Positions 45,100 to 55,481 of a stretch of DNA of 64,000 nucleotides are shown piece by piece. The number at the start of each line of letters is the position of its first letter. Positions within the stretch are counted from its first letter, which is position 1. The translations under genes and the position numbers were made by a program. The stretch lies in the IMG/VR virus record IMGVR_UViG_3300020049_009119; one strand, written 5' to 3'. The DNA is from a virus. The notes beneath the pieces were generated by a model. It saw only the letters and a list, made by a program, of their open reading frames with translations. It was not told the DNA's origin and did not search any database.

Positions 45100-46554
45100 T
45101 TAAGCTACCTGCCATGTTCCTTTTGTTGCCAGTTTGTTAAACGCTCCACTGCTCGCATCTACCTGATCGTCATGCTTTCCTTTGGGAAACGTTGTCAGTT
45201 CATCCAAGTATTTTCTCTTCCAGTCACCTTTAACCAACTTCACGTTTTTTGCCTCACACTGCGCCTTGAAAGGTTCGGCGCGCTCTACTTTGTCTTTATT
45301 TACCCGGTCAGTTTGCACGTTAAAGCCTGCAAGCAGTCTGACAATCGTATCCGTGCTTTCCTTTGCCAGTCCCGGCGGCTGCTCGATCCAAATCGAAACC
45401 CGCCCATACTTTTCGCGGTCACTTTCCGCAACGGATCGAATCTTGTCGTTGCGCGGAAACGCCGTCCACTGGCCTCGCACTACGTCTTCAACGTAGAAGA
45501 ACCCGTCCGGGTCTTTAGCCATCAACACGCCAACCGTCCAGTCGCCTTTACCTTCATCCGCGCCCGCCTTGTCCCAGTAGCGCACCCGCTGACAATTGGC
45601 CGGAACTGCACTGACCGTCTGGAACCATTCTTCCTTGAAAAACATGCCCGACTTCGGACGCGGGCGCTGCTGGAATAACGCGCCCCAAAAGTATTCCCCA
45701 ATCCGCTTGGCGATTTTCTCCAGCTTCCCCACCGGCCTCCGCTCCGGGCAAAGCGCCCCTCCCGGCTCGCGCCAGTCCGGTTCCACCGTGCAACTCGCCG
45801 GGAATCGCCCCGGTTCAATCTCTTCCGCAATGGCAGGCAGATTTACAATGTGCCACCGTTCGCGGTCCTCTTCGTCTTCGGCGGTTTTCTCCTGCTCCAG
45901 TAACCACCCGCTCAGGTCGTCTTCATGCCAGCGGGTTTGCACTACTACTATTGCGCCATTCGGATCGGTATCGCTCCATGGCTCTTCGCGCGTGTACCAG
46001 GTGGAGTTCCACCAGTCTTGCAGCTTGGCGCGGATTGTTTCCGATGCCGCCTCTTCGGCGTTCTTAATCGGGTCATCGCACACCAGCAAATGTCCGCCCT
46101 TGCCGGTTGCCGGTCCGCCTGCACCCGCTGCCCACAATCCGCCGCCCCGCCCTGTTTCCCAATGCACCACCGCGCCCGCATCGCCCTTGATCGTGCCGCC
46201 CGCCGCTTTGTAGTTGTCGCGCGCGTTGCGGCTGAGTGTATAGGCCAAGTCGGCGGCGTAGCTGCTCATTCCCACCCAGCGGTGTGGGTAGCGATAGAGG
46301 AAATATGCGGTGAAGAGTCGGGAGACGGTTTCGCTCTTGCTGTGGCGCGGCGGTTCAAAGACCAAGAGGCGCTTAATGTCACCGTCGGCAACGCGCTGGA
46401 GAACGTCAATTAGCACTTCGCAGTGCTTGTAGAATTTGTACTTCGGGGCAACGCGGGTGATGAATTCGCGGAGGGAGACAGGCTCCTGCTCCGCCGCCAA
46501 TTGAGCGGCGTAGGCCTTGGCCTTGATCAGCATGAGTCCGTCGGCTGTTGACAC
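45100..46554 (-). CDS. terL: Terminase large subunit
   Basis: EPPRHSKSE, GKGGHLLVCDDPIK, QTRWHEDDL, WDKA, HDDQVDA; GTG start overlapping upstream stop. Confidence 0.95.
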   Translation of the reverse strand: MSTADGLMLIKAKAYAAQLAAEQEPVSLREFITRVAPKYKFYKHCEVLIDVLQRVADGDIKRLLVFEPPRHSKSETVSRLFTAYFLYRYPHRWVGMSSYAADLAYTLSRNARDNYKAAGGTIKGDAGAVVHWETGRGGGLWAAGAGGPATGKGGHLLVCDDPIKNAEEAASETIRAKLQDWWNSTWYTREEPWSDTDPNGAIVVVQTRWHEDDLSGWLLEQEKTAEDEEDRERWHIVNLPAIAEEIEPGRFPASCTVEPDWREPGGALCPERRPVGKLEKIAKRIGEYFWGALFQQRPRPKSGMFFKEEWFQTVSAVPANCQRVRYWDKAGADEGKGDWTVGVLMAKDPDGFFYVEDVVRGQWTAFPRNDKIRSVAESDREKYGRVSIWIEQPPGLAKESTDTIVRLLAGFNVQTDRVNKDKVERAEPFKAQCEAKNVKLVKGDWKRKYLDELTTFPKGKHDDQVDASSGAFNKLATKGTWQVA

Positions 46555-47063
46555 TAAATCAATCCCTCTGCTTTGGCTTTTTCGTAGCATTCCTGCGGGG
46601 TCATCTTTTTAACTTCTTCGATGGTGAGTGTGCCTCTTACTTCGGCTCTCTCCGTCCACTGCTTGTCCAAAATCGCCATATACTTCACGCCTTCGCGTAT
46701 TTCTTTCTTCAATCCCGAAATCGCTCGCACCACATTCGACAAATCACTCACTGTCAGCCCTTCTTTGATCTTTTCAACGCAGTCTTCAATGAGCGATTCG
46801 GTTTGAATGACTTCCTTTTCGATCAGGTCAATCTTCCTCTCCAGCGTCCGGTAGCCTGTCTCAATCCCCGCCTCTCGCTTCTCATCTGTCCGCTTCCGTC
46901 TCTCCACTCCCGCCGCCGCCATGTAATAGGCGTACTGCGCCGCCGTGGGATTGAATGGCTGGCTGAACTTGGCCGCGAGCGCCTTGGCTGCGTCCAGGTC
47001 TGTCATCTCGCCACTAATTGCCCATTGGTGCATGGCGGCGCGTTGGTCGGGATTCAACTTCAT
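46554..47063 (-). CDS. Terminase small subunit-like protein
   Basis: Immediately upstream of terL, helical 169 aa. Confidence 0.6.
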   Translation of the reverse strand: MKLNPDQRAAMHQWAISGEMTDLDAAKALAAKFSQPFNPTAAQYAYYMAAAGVERRKRTDEKREAGIETGYRTLERKIDLIEKEVIQTESLIEDCVEKIKEGLTVSDLSNVVRAISGLKKEIREGVKYMAILDKQWTERAEVRGTLTIEEVKKMTPQECYEKAKAEGLI

Positions 47064-47191
47064 TCGTCGTTGCTGCTCTCCGCCATCACTTCGTAATAAA
47101 AAGCCAATTCCGCGTTGCCCCACTTGCCATGCAGTGCGGCCAGCTTCGCCCAGCGCTCCCGATCACTCAGCTTGTAAATATCATTGCTCAT
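47060..47191 (-). CDS. 43-aa hypothetical protein
   Basis: GAGG RBS; overlaps neighbours. Confidence 0.45.
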   Translation of the reverse strand: MSNDIYKLSDRERWAKLAALHGKWGNAELAFYYEVMAESSNDE

Positions 47192-47532
47192 TTCACCGCC
47201 TCTGGTTTTTCCAAACTCCTCCCATCCCCGCTCACCGCACAATCCTTACATCCCTTCGCCGCGCGCAGATTCCCCAGCCACGCGGCCCGTTCGGTTTGGA
47301 CCAGGCGCAGCGCCAGCCATGCGGTCTGGTAGTGGCTGTGGACGATGACCGAAGATTCGCCGGTGGGCGTGTTGAGCAGATCATTGACTGCTGCCGTGAG
47401 TGCATCGGATGCGGCTTTTTCGCGCGCGGCGAACTGCGCCCATTGTTGCTGCTCGGCGTCGGTCAGGGCGTGGGGTTGCTGCGCAAAGATCGGCAACAAC
47501 CCCAAAAGAGAGATAAGAAAAATTGTTTTCAT
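47188..47532 (-). CDS. Exported small protein
   Basis: MKTIFLISLLGLLPIFA-QQ signal peptide. Confidence 0.7.
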   Translation of the reverse strand: MKTIFLISLLGLLPIFAQQPHALTDAEQQQWAQFAAREKAASDALTAAVNDLLNTPTGESSVIVHSHYQTAWLALRLVQTERAAWLGNLRAAKGCKDCAVSGDGRSLEKPEAVK

Positions 47533-47534
47533 GA

Positions 47535-47792
47535 TTACAGAAGCTTCGCCATGTTGGTCGCGTGGCCCGTGCCGAGCAGGGTCACAAACGCGTTTGCGGT
47601 ATCGAAGACGACTGACCCTACCATTTGTCTCGTGATGACATTGTCCGCTTCGTCTTCGAGGTCGGGCAGATCGTTCCCATAGTCCAGCGCGTTATATTCA
47701 CGCTGAAGGGCAACCAGATCATTGATAGCATTCCACGCCTGACGGTTTGCATCCCGGACAGCGCGGTAATAATTAGCTTCACGTTGATTCAT
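47535..47792 (-). CDS. Hypothetical protein
   Basis: GGGGAAG RBS; operon packing. Confidence 0.6.
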   Translation of the reverse strand: MNQREANYYRAVRDANRQAWNAINDLVALQREYNALDYGNDLPDLEDEADNVITRQMVGSVVFDTANAFVTLLGTGHATNMAKLL

Positions 47793-47826
47793 AAGTCACT
47801 TCCCCTTTGTGGGTTAAGAGATTGAG

Positions 47827-50145
47827 TTAATTGCAAAGCCGGACGCGCCAACGGGAAGAAGTCCCGTCATAGCGAAGCTCGGCACACTTCTTCGGCGTAA
47901 GAGTCAAATCCGCTGCCGTGCTGGTCAGGAAGCGATTCGCGGCAGTGCTGGCGGTTGTGCTGGATTCGTCTTGAATGACGATGTTGTTTGAGCCGACATT
48001 CCAGATTTCGGCGACCTGTCCATCTACGCCCGCGACAAGTCCAGTGAGATTGCGGGAGGCGTCGGAAGCGAGTCGGATAAACCAGCCCGTACCCGGACTG
48101 TAGTTGTTTTGATCGGCGGTGATTTGGGCGGGAGATGTTGCGGGCGATGAAATTGCCGATGAAGACCCAAAGGCGATGCCGCCCGTTGAACGGGTAATCG
48201 TGATCGGCGTTGACAGTAGCGAACCCGCATCGGAATAAGCTTGAATGACGTAATCGCTGCCTGTGTTGCTGCCGGATTCAGCAGTGATCGTGCCAACGCT
48301 AAATCTAGTGACCCCCGAAGTACGATATAAGATTCTTCGATTTGGATTGGCCGCGTTGCTGGTAAGGGCAAAACTGGGCGCATTGCTTCCTGCTTGGGTC
48401 AGAATACCTGTTGAGCTGACCAAGGATAGCGCAGTCGCCGACTGTCCAAGCTGCCAGTTGCTCCCGGTGTTATCTACCGAAAAGACTTGCGTTCTACCGC
48501 CCCCATTCACAGAACCCCACAGCGTCCAGTTTCCAGTCGGCACGACTGCCCCTTGAACGGTTTGTAATTCAGCGTCGAAATCCACATCCTGCGCCGCTGC
48601 TGTGGCGTTCGTCTTCCAGCCCGACCCATGCCAGCGCAGACGCGGGCTCCACTGCTGTGCGCCTGCGGCTGCGGCTGTAGTGTTCGTGAGTAAAATCCCG
48701 TCAGTAGTGGTTACACCGATGGAATCCCGCTTAAACGTCTGGGCGTTACCACTCCACGTATGCGCCCCAGACCAATTGTATGTCGCCGTCTGATCCACAC
48801 TCGCACTTGGCGTTGCCCACGTCCCATCCCCTCTCCAAAACGTCGAACTGCTCGCGCTTGTGCCGGAATTCAGATTGCCAACCGGCAGATTACCTGTCAC
48901 GCCGCCGGAACCAGGCGCCGCCAGATCAATCGCGTTGACGGTGACGGTGTTGACCGTGCGCGTCAGCCCCGTGCTGAATGTGATCGGTACTTCGTAATCC
49001 GTGCCCGCACTCGCTGCTGAAACCACGCCGCTGCCGTTGGCCTTCAATAGCCCATTGACCGTCCCAGCCCCGCCGTAGTTACTGCCAATAACACTGCCAT
49101 TCCACGTACCTGCCGCAATCGTGCCGAGCGTAGTCAGATTGGTCGAACCGGCCCAAGTGCTGAGCGCGGTATTTTCGACGTTGTTCAACGCGAGGTCGGT
49201 CTTCAGTTGCGCAATCGTGCGATTCGTCCACGCACCGGCTTTGCGCTGGAGAATGTCATCGTCGGTCGGCGTCAGTCCGGCAATCGCGGCCAAATCCGCG
49301 TTGTAGGCTTGTACATTCGTGCCAATCGCCACTCCAAGCGTGGTGCGCGCCGTGCTCGCGTCCGTCTCGGTGAGCAGGCCGCGCCCGAAGCTCGTTGTGG
49401 TGAGCGCTGCAATGCTGGTCAGGTCGCTATCCAGCGGCTGATAGACGCTGGATAGGTCAGGAATATCCGCCGCAACCAATGCGCGAAACGTTGGCGTGGC
49501 GGCCGCGCCAGAGCCGGGGCCGGAATAGATGCGATTGGCGGATTGGGCAGTGAATGCGGCCTGCTTCGCGTCGAGCGCGCTTTGCAAATCTGTCTGGTCG
49601 GAGAGTGTGCCGGTAATGCTTCCCCAGGTTCCAGCGCCGCCGCTGCTAATTGTGATCGTGGCGACGCCTGCGGTAGTTTCGGTGGCGGTCACTCCCGCGC
49701 CCGTAAATTTCAGCGTCGTTACCGGGCTGGCAAAAGCAACCGCCTCGTCATAAACCGTGAAGCCGCCCGTGGGAAAACTCACAACGGTGGTGAGATTTTG
49801 GAATAGGGCGCTGCTGGCGTTCGGAATTGTTTTGGCAGTTGCTCGGTTGCAATCGGACGACATGCCGGAAATCACAGAGCTATTCGGCGAACAAAACCAC
49901 GCGGTTGAACTGCGCGGCAGAGTTAAGGACCACGTTCCATCCACGGCACTGGTGGCTTCAAGGCGCACATTGGCGTTGATGTTGCTGCCCGATTGAGTGA
50001 CGCGCACCACGCGGATTTTCACGCCGGATTTGACCGCGCCGTCGAGGGCATAGACTGTACCGGAGATTTGCGCGGTAGATAGTTGAGCACTGGCTGAGAC
50101 GGCCAAGGACGCAAGGAAGATCAGAGTAATAAAAAAGCGTTTCAT
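47827..50145 (-). CDS. Tail-fibre-like protein with Sec signal peptide
   Basis: [21 protein letters not shown], then lambda Stf-like N-domain ([10 protein letters not shown]...DGTWSLTLP) and Gly/Ser/Thr fibre repeats ([31 protein letters not shown]). Confidence 0.75.
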   Translation of the reverse strand: MKRFFITLIFLASLAVSASAQLSTAQISGTVYALDGAVKSGVKIRVVRVTQSGSNINANVRLEATSAVDGTWSLTLPRSSTAWFCSPNSSVISGMSSDCNRATAKTIPNASSALFQNLTTVVSFPTGGFTVYDEAVAFASPVTTLKFTGAGVTATETTAGVATITISSGGAGTWGSITGTLSDQTDLQSALDAKQAAFTAQSANRIYSGPGSGAAATPTFRALVAADIPDLSSVYQPLDSDLTSIAALTTTSFGRGLLTETDASTARTTLGVAIGTNVQAYNADLAAIAGLTPTDDDILQRKAGAWTNRTIAQLKTDLALNNVENTALSTWAGSTNLTTLGTIAAGTWNGSVIGSNYGGAGTVNGLLKANGSGVVSAASAGTDYEVPITFSTGLTRTVNTVTVNAIDLAAPGSGGVTGNLPVGNLNSGTSASSSTFWRGDGTWATPSASVDQTATYNWSGAHTWSGNAQTFKRDSIGVTTTDGILLTNTTAAAAGAQQWSPRLRWHGSGWKTNATAAAQDVDFDAELQTVQGAVVPTGNWTLWGSVNGGGRTQVFSVDNTGSNWQLGQSATALSLVSSTGILTQAGSNAPSFALTSNAANPNRRILYRTSGVTRFSVGTITAESGSNTGSDYVIQAYSDAGSLLSTPITITRSTGGIAFGSSSAISSPATSPAQITADQNNYSPGTGWFIRLASDASRNLTGLVAGVDGQVAEIWNVGSNNIVIQDESSTTASTAANRFLTSTAADLTLTPKKCAELRYDGTSSRWRVRLCN

Positions 50146-50153
50146 AAGATTCA

Positions 50154-50438
50154 CTATTCAAACTTGACGACGATGTAGTCCTTCAACGCCGCCTCACCAA
50201 CAGCACCGGCAAGAATTGCAATCTCTGCCGGGAATATCTTGCGAACAATCTGCGCATCGGCGCGCTTCGTTCCGGCTTCCAATTCTGATTCCGGCGCGAA
50301 TTTGATCTGCATCCCTTGCTTGGCAATTTCACGACGGAGAAGCGACGGAATCGCCATCGTCACCGTGCGCTCAGTTACCATGTGGTACTTGAATGGCACG
50401 GCGTACACGTTGTCGAAAAGCGTTAGAACTTCGCTCAT
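50154..50438 (-). CDS. Hypothetical protein
   Basis: Coupled to fibre gene. Confidence 0.55.
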   Translation of the reverse strand: MSEVLTLFDNVYAVPFKYHMVTERTVTMAIPSLLRREIAKQGMQIKFAPESELEAGTKRADAQIVRKIFPAEIAILAGAVGEAALKDYIVVKFE

Positions 50439-50663
50439 ATGACTTGGTAAAAAAGGCGGCGACTGCGTTAGACTCCCGTCATTCCCCAGCCGCCGCGCTC
50501 AAGTTGCCCGCTGCCTCACCCCGAAGCCCAAACCGCGCAGCGGGCCATCTCTCAACTGAAGGAACACCCCACGAAGGAAAATCATCAATCTGGCCACCAC
50601 CGGCCCCAGTGCGATACCCCCGTGCCCCCAGGAAGCGAATGCGGTGGCCAGAAATTAAAAGAA

Positions 50664-51484
50664 CTATTCAGCCTGTGCCGATTCCGGGTTGAGATACTTT
50701 TCAAGCCGCGTCAGTGCGTATTCGATTGCCTCTGCCGCCTCATCGTCCGCGCCGGTTGAGTTGGCGTCCTTACGGCGCAGCAGAATCGCGGCTGAGTTCA
50801 GGTTCGGAATCACAAAAGCTAAAATCCAGTCAAGTTTACTCATCGGATCACCGTCCTTTCTGTTTCGGTCGTGGTTGGTAATAGCGCCCGGCCAGCCCTG
50901 CAAACAGTAGCGCGGCGAAGGACGCCCAAAGGGTAAAAAGTAGAATGATGAAATCTTCAGTCATCGGCTTGCCGTACCGTCCAGCCAGTATATCGGACTC
51001 GGCCCCGACCATGTAACCTCCGGCGACCAATTCGGCAGCGGTTGAAACCACGGGGTTGTCGGCATTGGATTCGGCCAGTGAATTTGCGCCGGTTGTTCCG
51101 CGCCAAACGCTTCCTGCAAATCCGCAAGCAGCTTGCGCGCTTCTGCCGGTTTGATTTCGTGGCTTTCGCCGTTGAGTGTGATTTTGATCTTGAGCATCAG
51201 CAATTCCCCCTTGCGCGCGGCAGATTTCCGCGTGACATCGTTAGTGGGCGATGACTTCGCATCACCGGGCGAACCGGCTTTGCTTTGGCAATGGCCGGTT
51301 TCGGTTTCACTGCCTCTTCCGGTTCCGGTTCCGGCTCGACATATCGAGTGCGGCTGTAGCCAACATTACTCACTATCTTCGGCGGCGGGTCGGGCATTGA
51401 GCCAGTTCCGCAGTCGTGGCCGTCGTACCAGTTGCATCGGCACATTCGGCAGCGAACGATTTCTTGTGGATAGTCGAACATCAT
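50664..51484 (-). other. Four small CDSs: 50664-50843, 50848-50964 (single TM), 50961-51197, 51197-51484
   Basis: Overlapping start/stop coupling. Confidence 0.55.
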
Positions 51485-51492
51485 TGCTGCGC

Positions 51493-52584
51493 TTACCTCA
51501 CCATAAATCCCTGCGATTCGTGATACCCGCCCGCTGGCGCAAACACCCTCACCACCGCCCCAATCTCACTCCGCCACAAGTCCGCCGTGGGAATTCTGAA
51601 TGTCAGTTGTTCCAGTCCGGCAAAACTCGCACTGCCCACATGGACCGAGGGAAACACTCGGCCATTGCCCAGCCGTAATTCCGCCTGCGTCCCTTTCACT
51701 CCCGTCCCATAAAGCAAAAAGAAAACCTGCTCACTGCCATTCAGCGCGGGCAGATTGTTGAAGTAGTTGAAACCCCCGCTCGGATAAATCACCAGCCACA
51801 GGCTTGCCGCCCGGCCTTCGCCGTTGGCAGACGCGGTAAAAATCCCCGGCGCTTGCGGATTGATCTGAGCGCGGCCTGTGAAGCGCGCCACGCTTCCGCG
51901 AGTGCTGTTCACCACAACCGGAACTTCGGTCGGTCCTTCGGGCAACCAATCGGGCAGAAGGAAATTCACCTGTCCCGGCGCAACCGCGAGCAGTTCGCAG
52001 GCGCTGCCGTTGATTTCCACTGTGACGCCTGCAAGCGTGGTCGGGAGGCTGAAAGATGCCGCCTGCTCTGCGCGGTCAGTAAAGGTCGTGTTGGGATCAG
52101 GGAAAATGCTGGCCAATGATCCGCGTGATACTTGGCCGCGAAAGTTGGCGGAAGAGACAATCGAAACGCCTGCATTCGCGCCGCCACTGCACAGGCCGCA
52201 GCTTGGCGTGTGTGGGGCTGGGCTGATCCGGCTGGTCGTGGTGCAACTTGCGCCGGATTTCATAATCTGCGTCACTTCAAGCTGGCTCGACCACTGGCAC
52301 GTCACATCGTCACGCACGGCTTGAATTGCGCTGCCGGGCAGGGTTTGCCGAACGCCGTCTGCCGTCCATCGCACTTCGTAGCGGTCAATGAGCGTGCTGG
52401 ATTGGGTGTTGAGAAAGCGAATTGAAAGCCGGTTGCATGAGCCGGTGGCATTGACGCTGCCTTGGAAGATTGGTGGGGAACAGGTTTGCGCGCTCGCCAT
52501 CACACTCAGCGCCACCAGTGCCAGGGCGGCGAGAATGAAATAAACAGTGCCGAGAATAAGAAAATCACGCTTCCATTTCATCAT
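51493..52584 (-). CDS. Exported protein with FN3-like domain and Solibacter-type C-terminal domain (TIGR03437-like)
   Basis: Signal peptide ending VMASA-Q; SIVSSANF...GSLASIF...LPTTLAGVTVEING...APGQVNFLLP...APGIFT...LYGTG. Confidence 0.85.
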   Translation of the reverse strand: MMKWKRDFLILGTVYFILAALALVALSVMASAQTCSPPIFQGSVNATGSCNRLSIRFLNTQSSTLIDRYEVRWTADGVRQTLPGSAIQAVRDDVTCQWSSQLEVTQIMKSGASCTTTSRISPAPHTPSCGLCSGGANAGVSIVSSANFRGQVSRGSLASIFPDPNTTFTDRAEQAASFSLPTTLAGVTVEINGSACELLAVAPGQVNFLLPDWLPEGPTEVPVVVNSTRGSVARFTGRAQINPQAPGIFTASANGEGRAASLWLVIYPSGGFNYFNNLPALNGSEQVFFLLYGTGVKGTQAELRLGNGRVFPSVHVGSASFAGLEQLTFRIPTADLWRSEIGAVVRVFAPAGGYHESQGFMVR

Positions 52585-52948
52585 TGCGTTTGTCCTCTGC
52601 TTCAAACCGCGTCTTCCGTCCCACCACGCCAAACAATCCTTCGCGCTCAGCAATCCGTTGCAGTTCACTATCCAGCGACTGTCCCAATGTTTGTGCGCAT
52701 TGCACCAGCCCCACTTCCGCACATCGCTGCGCGTACTTGGCCCGCAATTTCAACGTGTCGCGTTCGTGCTCGGATCGGATCGTCTCGGTTTCGTAACCGT
52801 CGGCAATTCGATACGCCTCGTTGGACAACTGAATGCCGGGCTTGCTCAGCGCCACCAGCGCAGCGCGAAGCTTCGGCAGGTCAGCAATCGCACGTTTGCG
52901 GATCGCCCAATGAACGCCCATCAATGCAAGGAATCGGTAAAACATCAC
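52565..52948 (-). CDS. Hypothetical protein
   Basis: Coupled between neighbours. Confidence 0.55.
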   Translation of the reverse strand: MMFYRFLALMGVHWAIRKRAIADLPKLRAALVALSKPGIQLSNEAYRIADGYETETIRSEHERDTLKLRAKYAQRCAEVGLVQCAQTLGQSLDSELQRIAEREGLFGVVGRKTRFEAEDKRNDEMEA

Positions 52949-53361
52949 GAGTGGTGTTCCCGCGCCTCCAACAACTTGTCCAGCCGATCAGTGATCTTGT
53001 TGATACTGGATTCAATGCGGAACTCCATCCTGTCCATTTTCTTTTCGAGTTCGGCCATTGCCTCACGAGTGACGAATGAACCGCTGCGCTGCTCCCATTG
53101 CGAAATGCGCCGGTCGGTCGCGTCGTTGCGCTCTTTCATTTCGAGCCGGATTGCAGCGATTCCCGCTGACGCCTCCGCTTTTGCCGCCGCAACTGCCGTC
53201 GCTGCGTCGGTGCGTGCCGTGCTGATAATCGCGTCCACGTCTGCCTTGACTGCCTTTTTCCAGATTGACTGGAAATAGGCGAAGACTGCGCCGACGATGA
53301 GCGCAAGCCCTGTCCCTTTGATTGCTTCGATTGGGTCAACCAAGCGTTCGATCCTTTGCAT
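52945..53361 (-). CDS. Holin-like protein (1 TM + coiled coil)
   Basis: GTGLALIVGAVFAYF TM; C-terminal coiled coil; first gene of late block; possible dual start M-G-I-M. Confidence 0.5.
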   Translation of the reverse strand: MQRIERLVDPIEAIKGTGLALIVGAVFAYFQSIWKKAVKADVDAIISTARTDAATAVAAAKAEASAGIAAIRLEMKERNDATDRRISQWEQRSGSFVTREAMAELEKKMDRMEFRIESSINKITDRLDKLLEAREHHS

Positions 53362-53461
53362 AATTCCCATCTCCTTTGGGGGAGTTGGGGGAAATGTCCA
53401 CCCGGCACGGCGGCGAGATTGACAAACAACGTGGGCGAAGTGCAGCCCAGAAAAACGAAAA

Positions 53462-53501
53462 AGCCCGCCGGATGACTCATTGCTGAATCACCTGACGGGC
53501 T
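53462..53501 (-). terminator. Long hairpin with GCAA tetraloop and U-tract ahead of late genes
   Basis: AGCCCGTCAGGTGATTCA-GCAA-TGAGTCATCCGGCGGGCT then TTTTT. Confidence 0.75.
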
Positions 53502-53531
53502 AATTTTGCAGTTGCCTAATTTTCCCGAAGG

Positions 53532-55065
53532 CTAATTTTTCAATTCTTCCAAAAACTTCCGCTTCATTTGCGCCAACTCGCTGGCGCGCGCTTCCTGCTT
53601 TTGCAGCGATCCGCGACTCATTGCCACTTCCTGCCGAATGCTGGCGACTTCGCGAAACAAAAACTCAACGATCTCTCGCGCTGCTTGGCATTGCGGGCAT
53701 TCGATCCGCTCACTGTCGGATGCAATACTACCCGTTGTGGTGGTATTGGTGCAAATATATTCGTTTTGTGATACTGCGTGGTTCAAAGGTGGTGCTCCTT
53801 TGGTTGGGTTGCGTAAAAGCTAATCGGCTAACAGTCAGGGTCGGCGGTGCGCTGGTATTCCCCCGGCTCCAACTCATCCCCCGCCGTCGCCCTGCTCCAC
53901 TCTCCCACCACCTCCCTCAACCGCCGCCCATTCTCCGTGATTTCCATGCCGACGTTTTCGGCACAAAAGCCAGCGGCGAGAGTGGCGAGGGTGCGGAGAT
54001 GGGCGAGTTCGGCAGCATCCGCATCCATCCGGTCGAAGGTGTCGTCAAGCGTCATCTGCCCGTAGCGCTTGCCTTGTTCGATGAATCGCTCGAATTCCTT
54101 CTCGGTGGGCGGCGCGACGGGCTGGGCGGCGATGCGCTCACATTCCGCGCAGAAGTTCGTCACTTGCGCCGGTTGCCTCAGTTGCCAGCGGTAAAACTTG
54201 GCAATGGCTTTCCAGCGGGCGCGCCAGGATTGTTCGGGGGTTGTCATTTAGCCGCTTCCTCCTTCCGAACCTTGTTCACAATTCGCACCAGCCCCGCCAT
54301 CGGCGCCAGCGCAATTGCAATGGCAGTTCCAACCGATTCAATCAGGATGATGAATCCAACAAAGGTCCAGAAATCACGAAAGATGAAGTTTAAGATTTCA
54401 AGCATTTGCGCGTTCTCCTTCCATCGCCGCCGCCGCAAGCAACGCAGCAACGGTTTCCGCCCGCGCGCCATTACCCGCGACATGCATCCAAGAGCAATCG
54501 CCCGCCTTTACCCAAACGCGCGAAATCTCGCCAAATTCGACGGATATTTTTGCGCCGCGCGCGGCCACTGCCGACAGCAATTCGCCGGACTGGTTGCGAT
54601 CTGTGGTCGGACTCCAAGTGCCAAGCCATGTGACTCGTACTTGGTTGGCAGCGTCCAGCCAGCCGACTTTATGCGGGGGCAGGTCGTTCCAATGCCACCC
54701 CATCACCTTCTCCGCCGCCAGCCGGTTCAGTTCTTCGTCGCTCAGGTTGGTTAATTGTTCCAGATTCATCGTCCCTCCTTTGCCGCCGTCCACGCGGCCA
54801 GGGCTGATTTCATCTTTTCGATTCGCGGGCGCGATCCGGCGCTTGGCTCTTCCAGTTCCAGCACTTCGGCTAAAACTTTCGCCATTTCGCCCGCCGCTTC
54901 AAGTTGCCGATCCGCTTCATTCGCAATCTCTGCCGCCGCGTGGCGGGCGTCGCGGTGGCCGAATTTATAGGCCAATCGCTCCCGTTCACTCCAAGATACC
55001 TGATCAGAGATATTCGGTTTCGCAATCTGGGCATTCATTATCCGTTCGTGGTAATTGCTGCTCAT
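53532..55065 (-). other. Small CDSs: 53532-53786 (CPQC), 53828-54247, 54244-54405 (TM), 54398-54769 (phage ABA-sandwich-like), 54766-55065
   Basis: ATGA overlaps; ELNRLAAEKVMGW...WSPTTDRNQ motif in 54398-54769. Confidence 0.65.
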
Positions 55066-55481
55066 TGTCTTCCCACCTCCAAATATTGCCGCCACTCCCG
55101 GCGGTCATACGTTGCGTTCGCTCTCCCAATCCGCGCCAGTTCTTCCGACGCATCGGGGATGAATTCTTGCCACTGCGCGGCAATCGCATCAGTGATATTG
55201 AGTGCCTTCGCCGCCCGTCGGTGGCGCAGGAACATTCGTTTAGCCAACGACCGCACCGCAGGACTTGGGGCGGTGAATCGCACTGCGGGCCGGGTGGGAA
55301 TCTTCGCGCCGCGAATCAGTTTCGGCTTGGGTGCGTCCGCCGGAACCAGTGTGACAATCCGGCCATTGCGCTCGGCTTTGAATGCGCCGCGCAGCAGTCC
55401 GGCGCGGTTCCACAAAAACACCGCACCGTAGCTGACGCGGTGGCGCAGGGCGTATTCGGCGAGGGTGAGAGGGGGAGTCAT
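55062..55481 (-). CDS. Helix-turn-helix DNA-binding protein
   Basis: TLAEYALRHRVSYGAVFLWNRAGLLRGA...VPADAPKP. Confidence 0.7.
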   Translation of the reverse strand: MTPPLTLAEYALRHRVSYGAVFLWNRAGLLRGAFKAERNGRIVTLVPADAPKPKLIRGAKIPTRPAVRFTAPSPAVRSLAKRMFLRHRRAAKALNITDAIAAQWQEFIPDASEELARIGRANATYDRREWRQYLEVGRQ

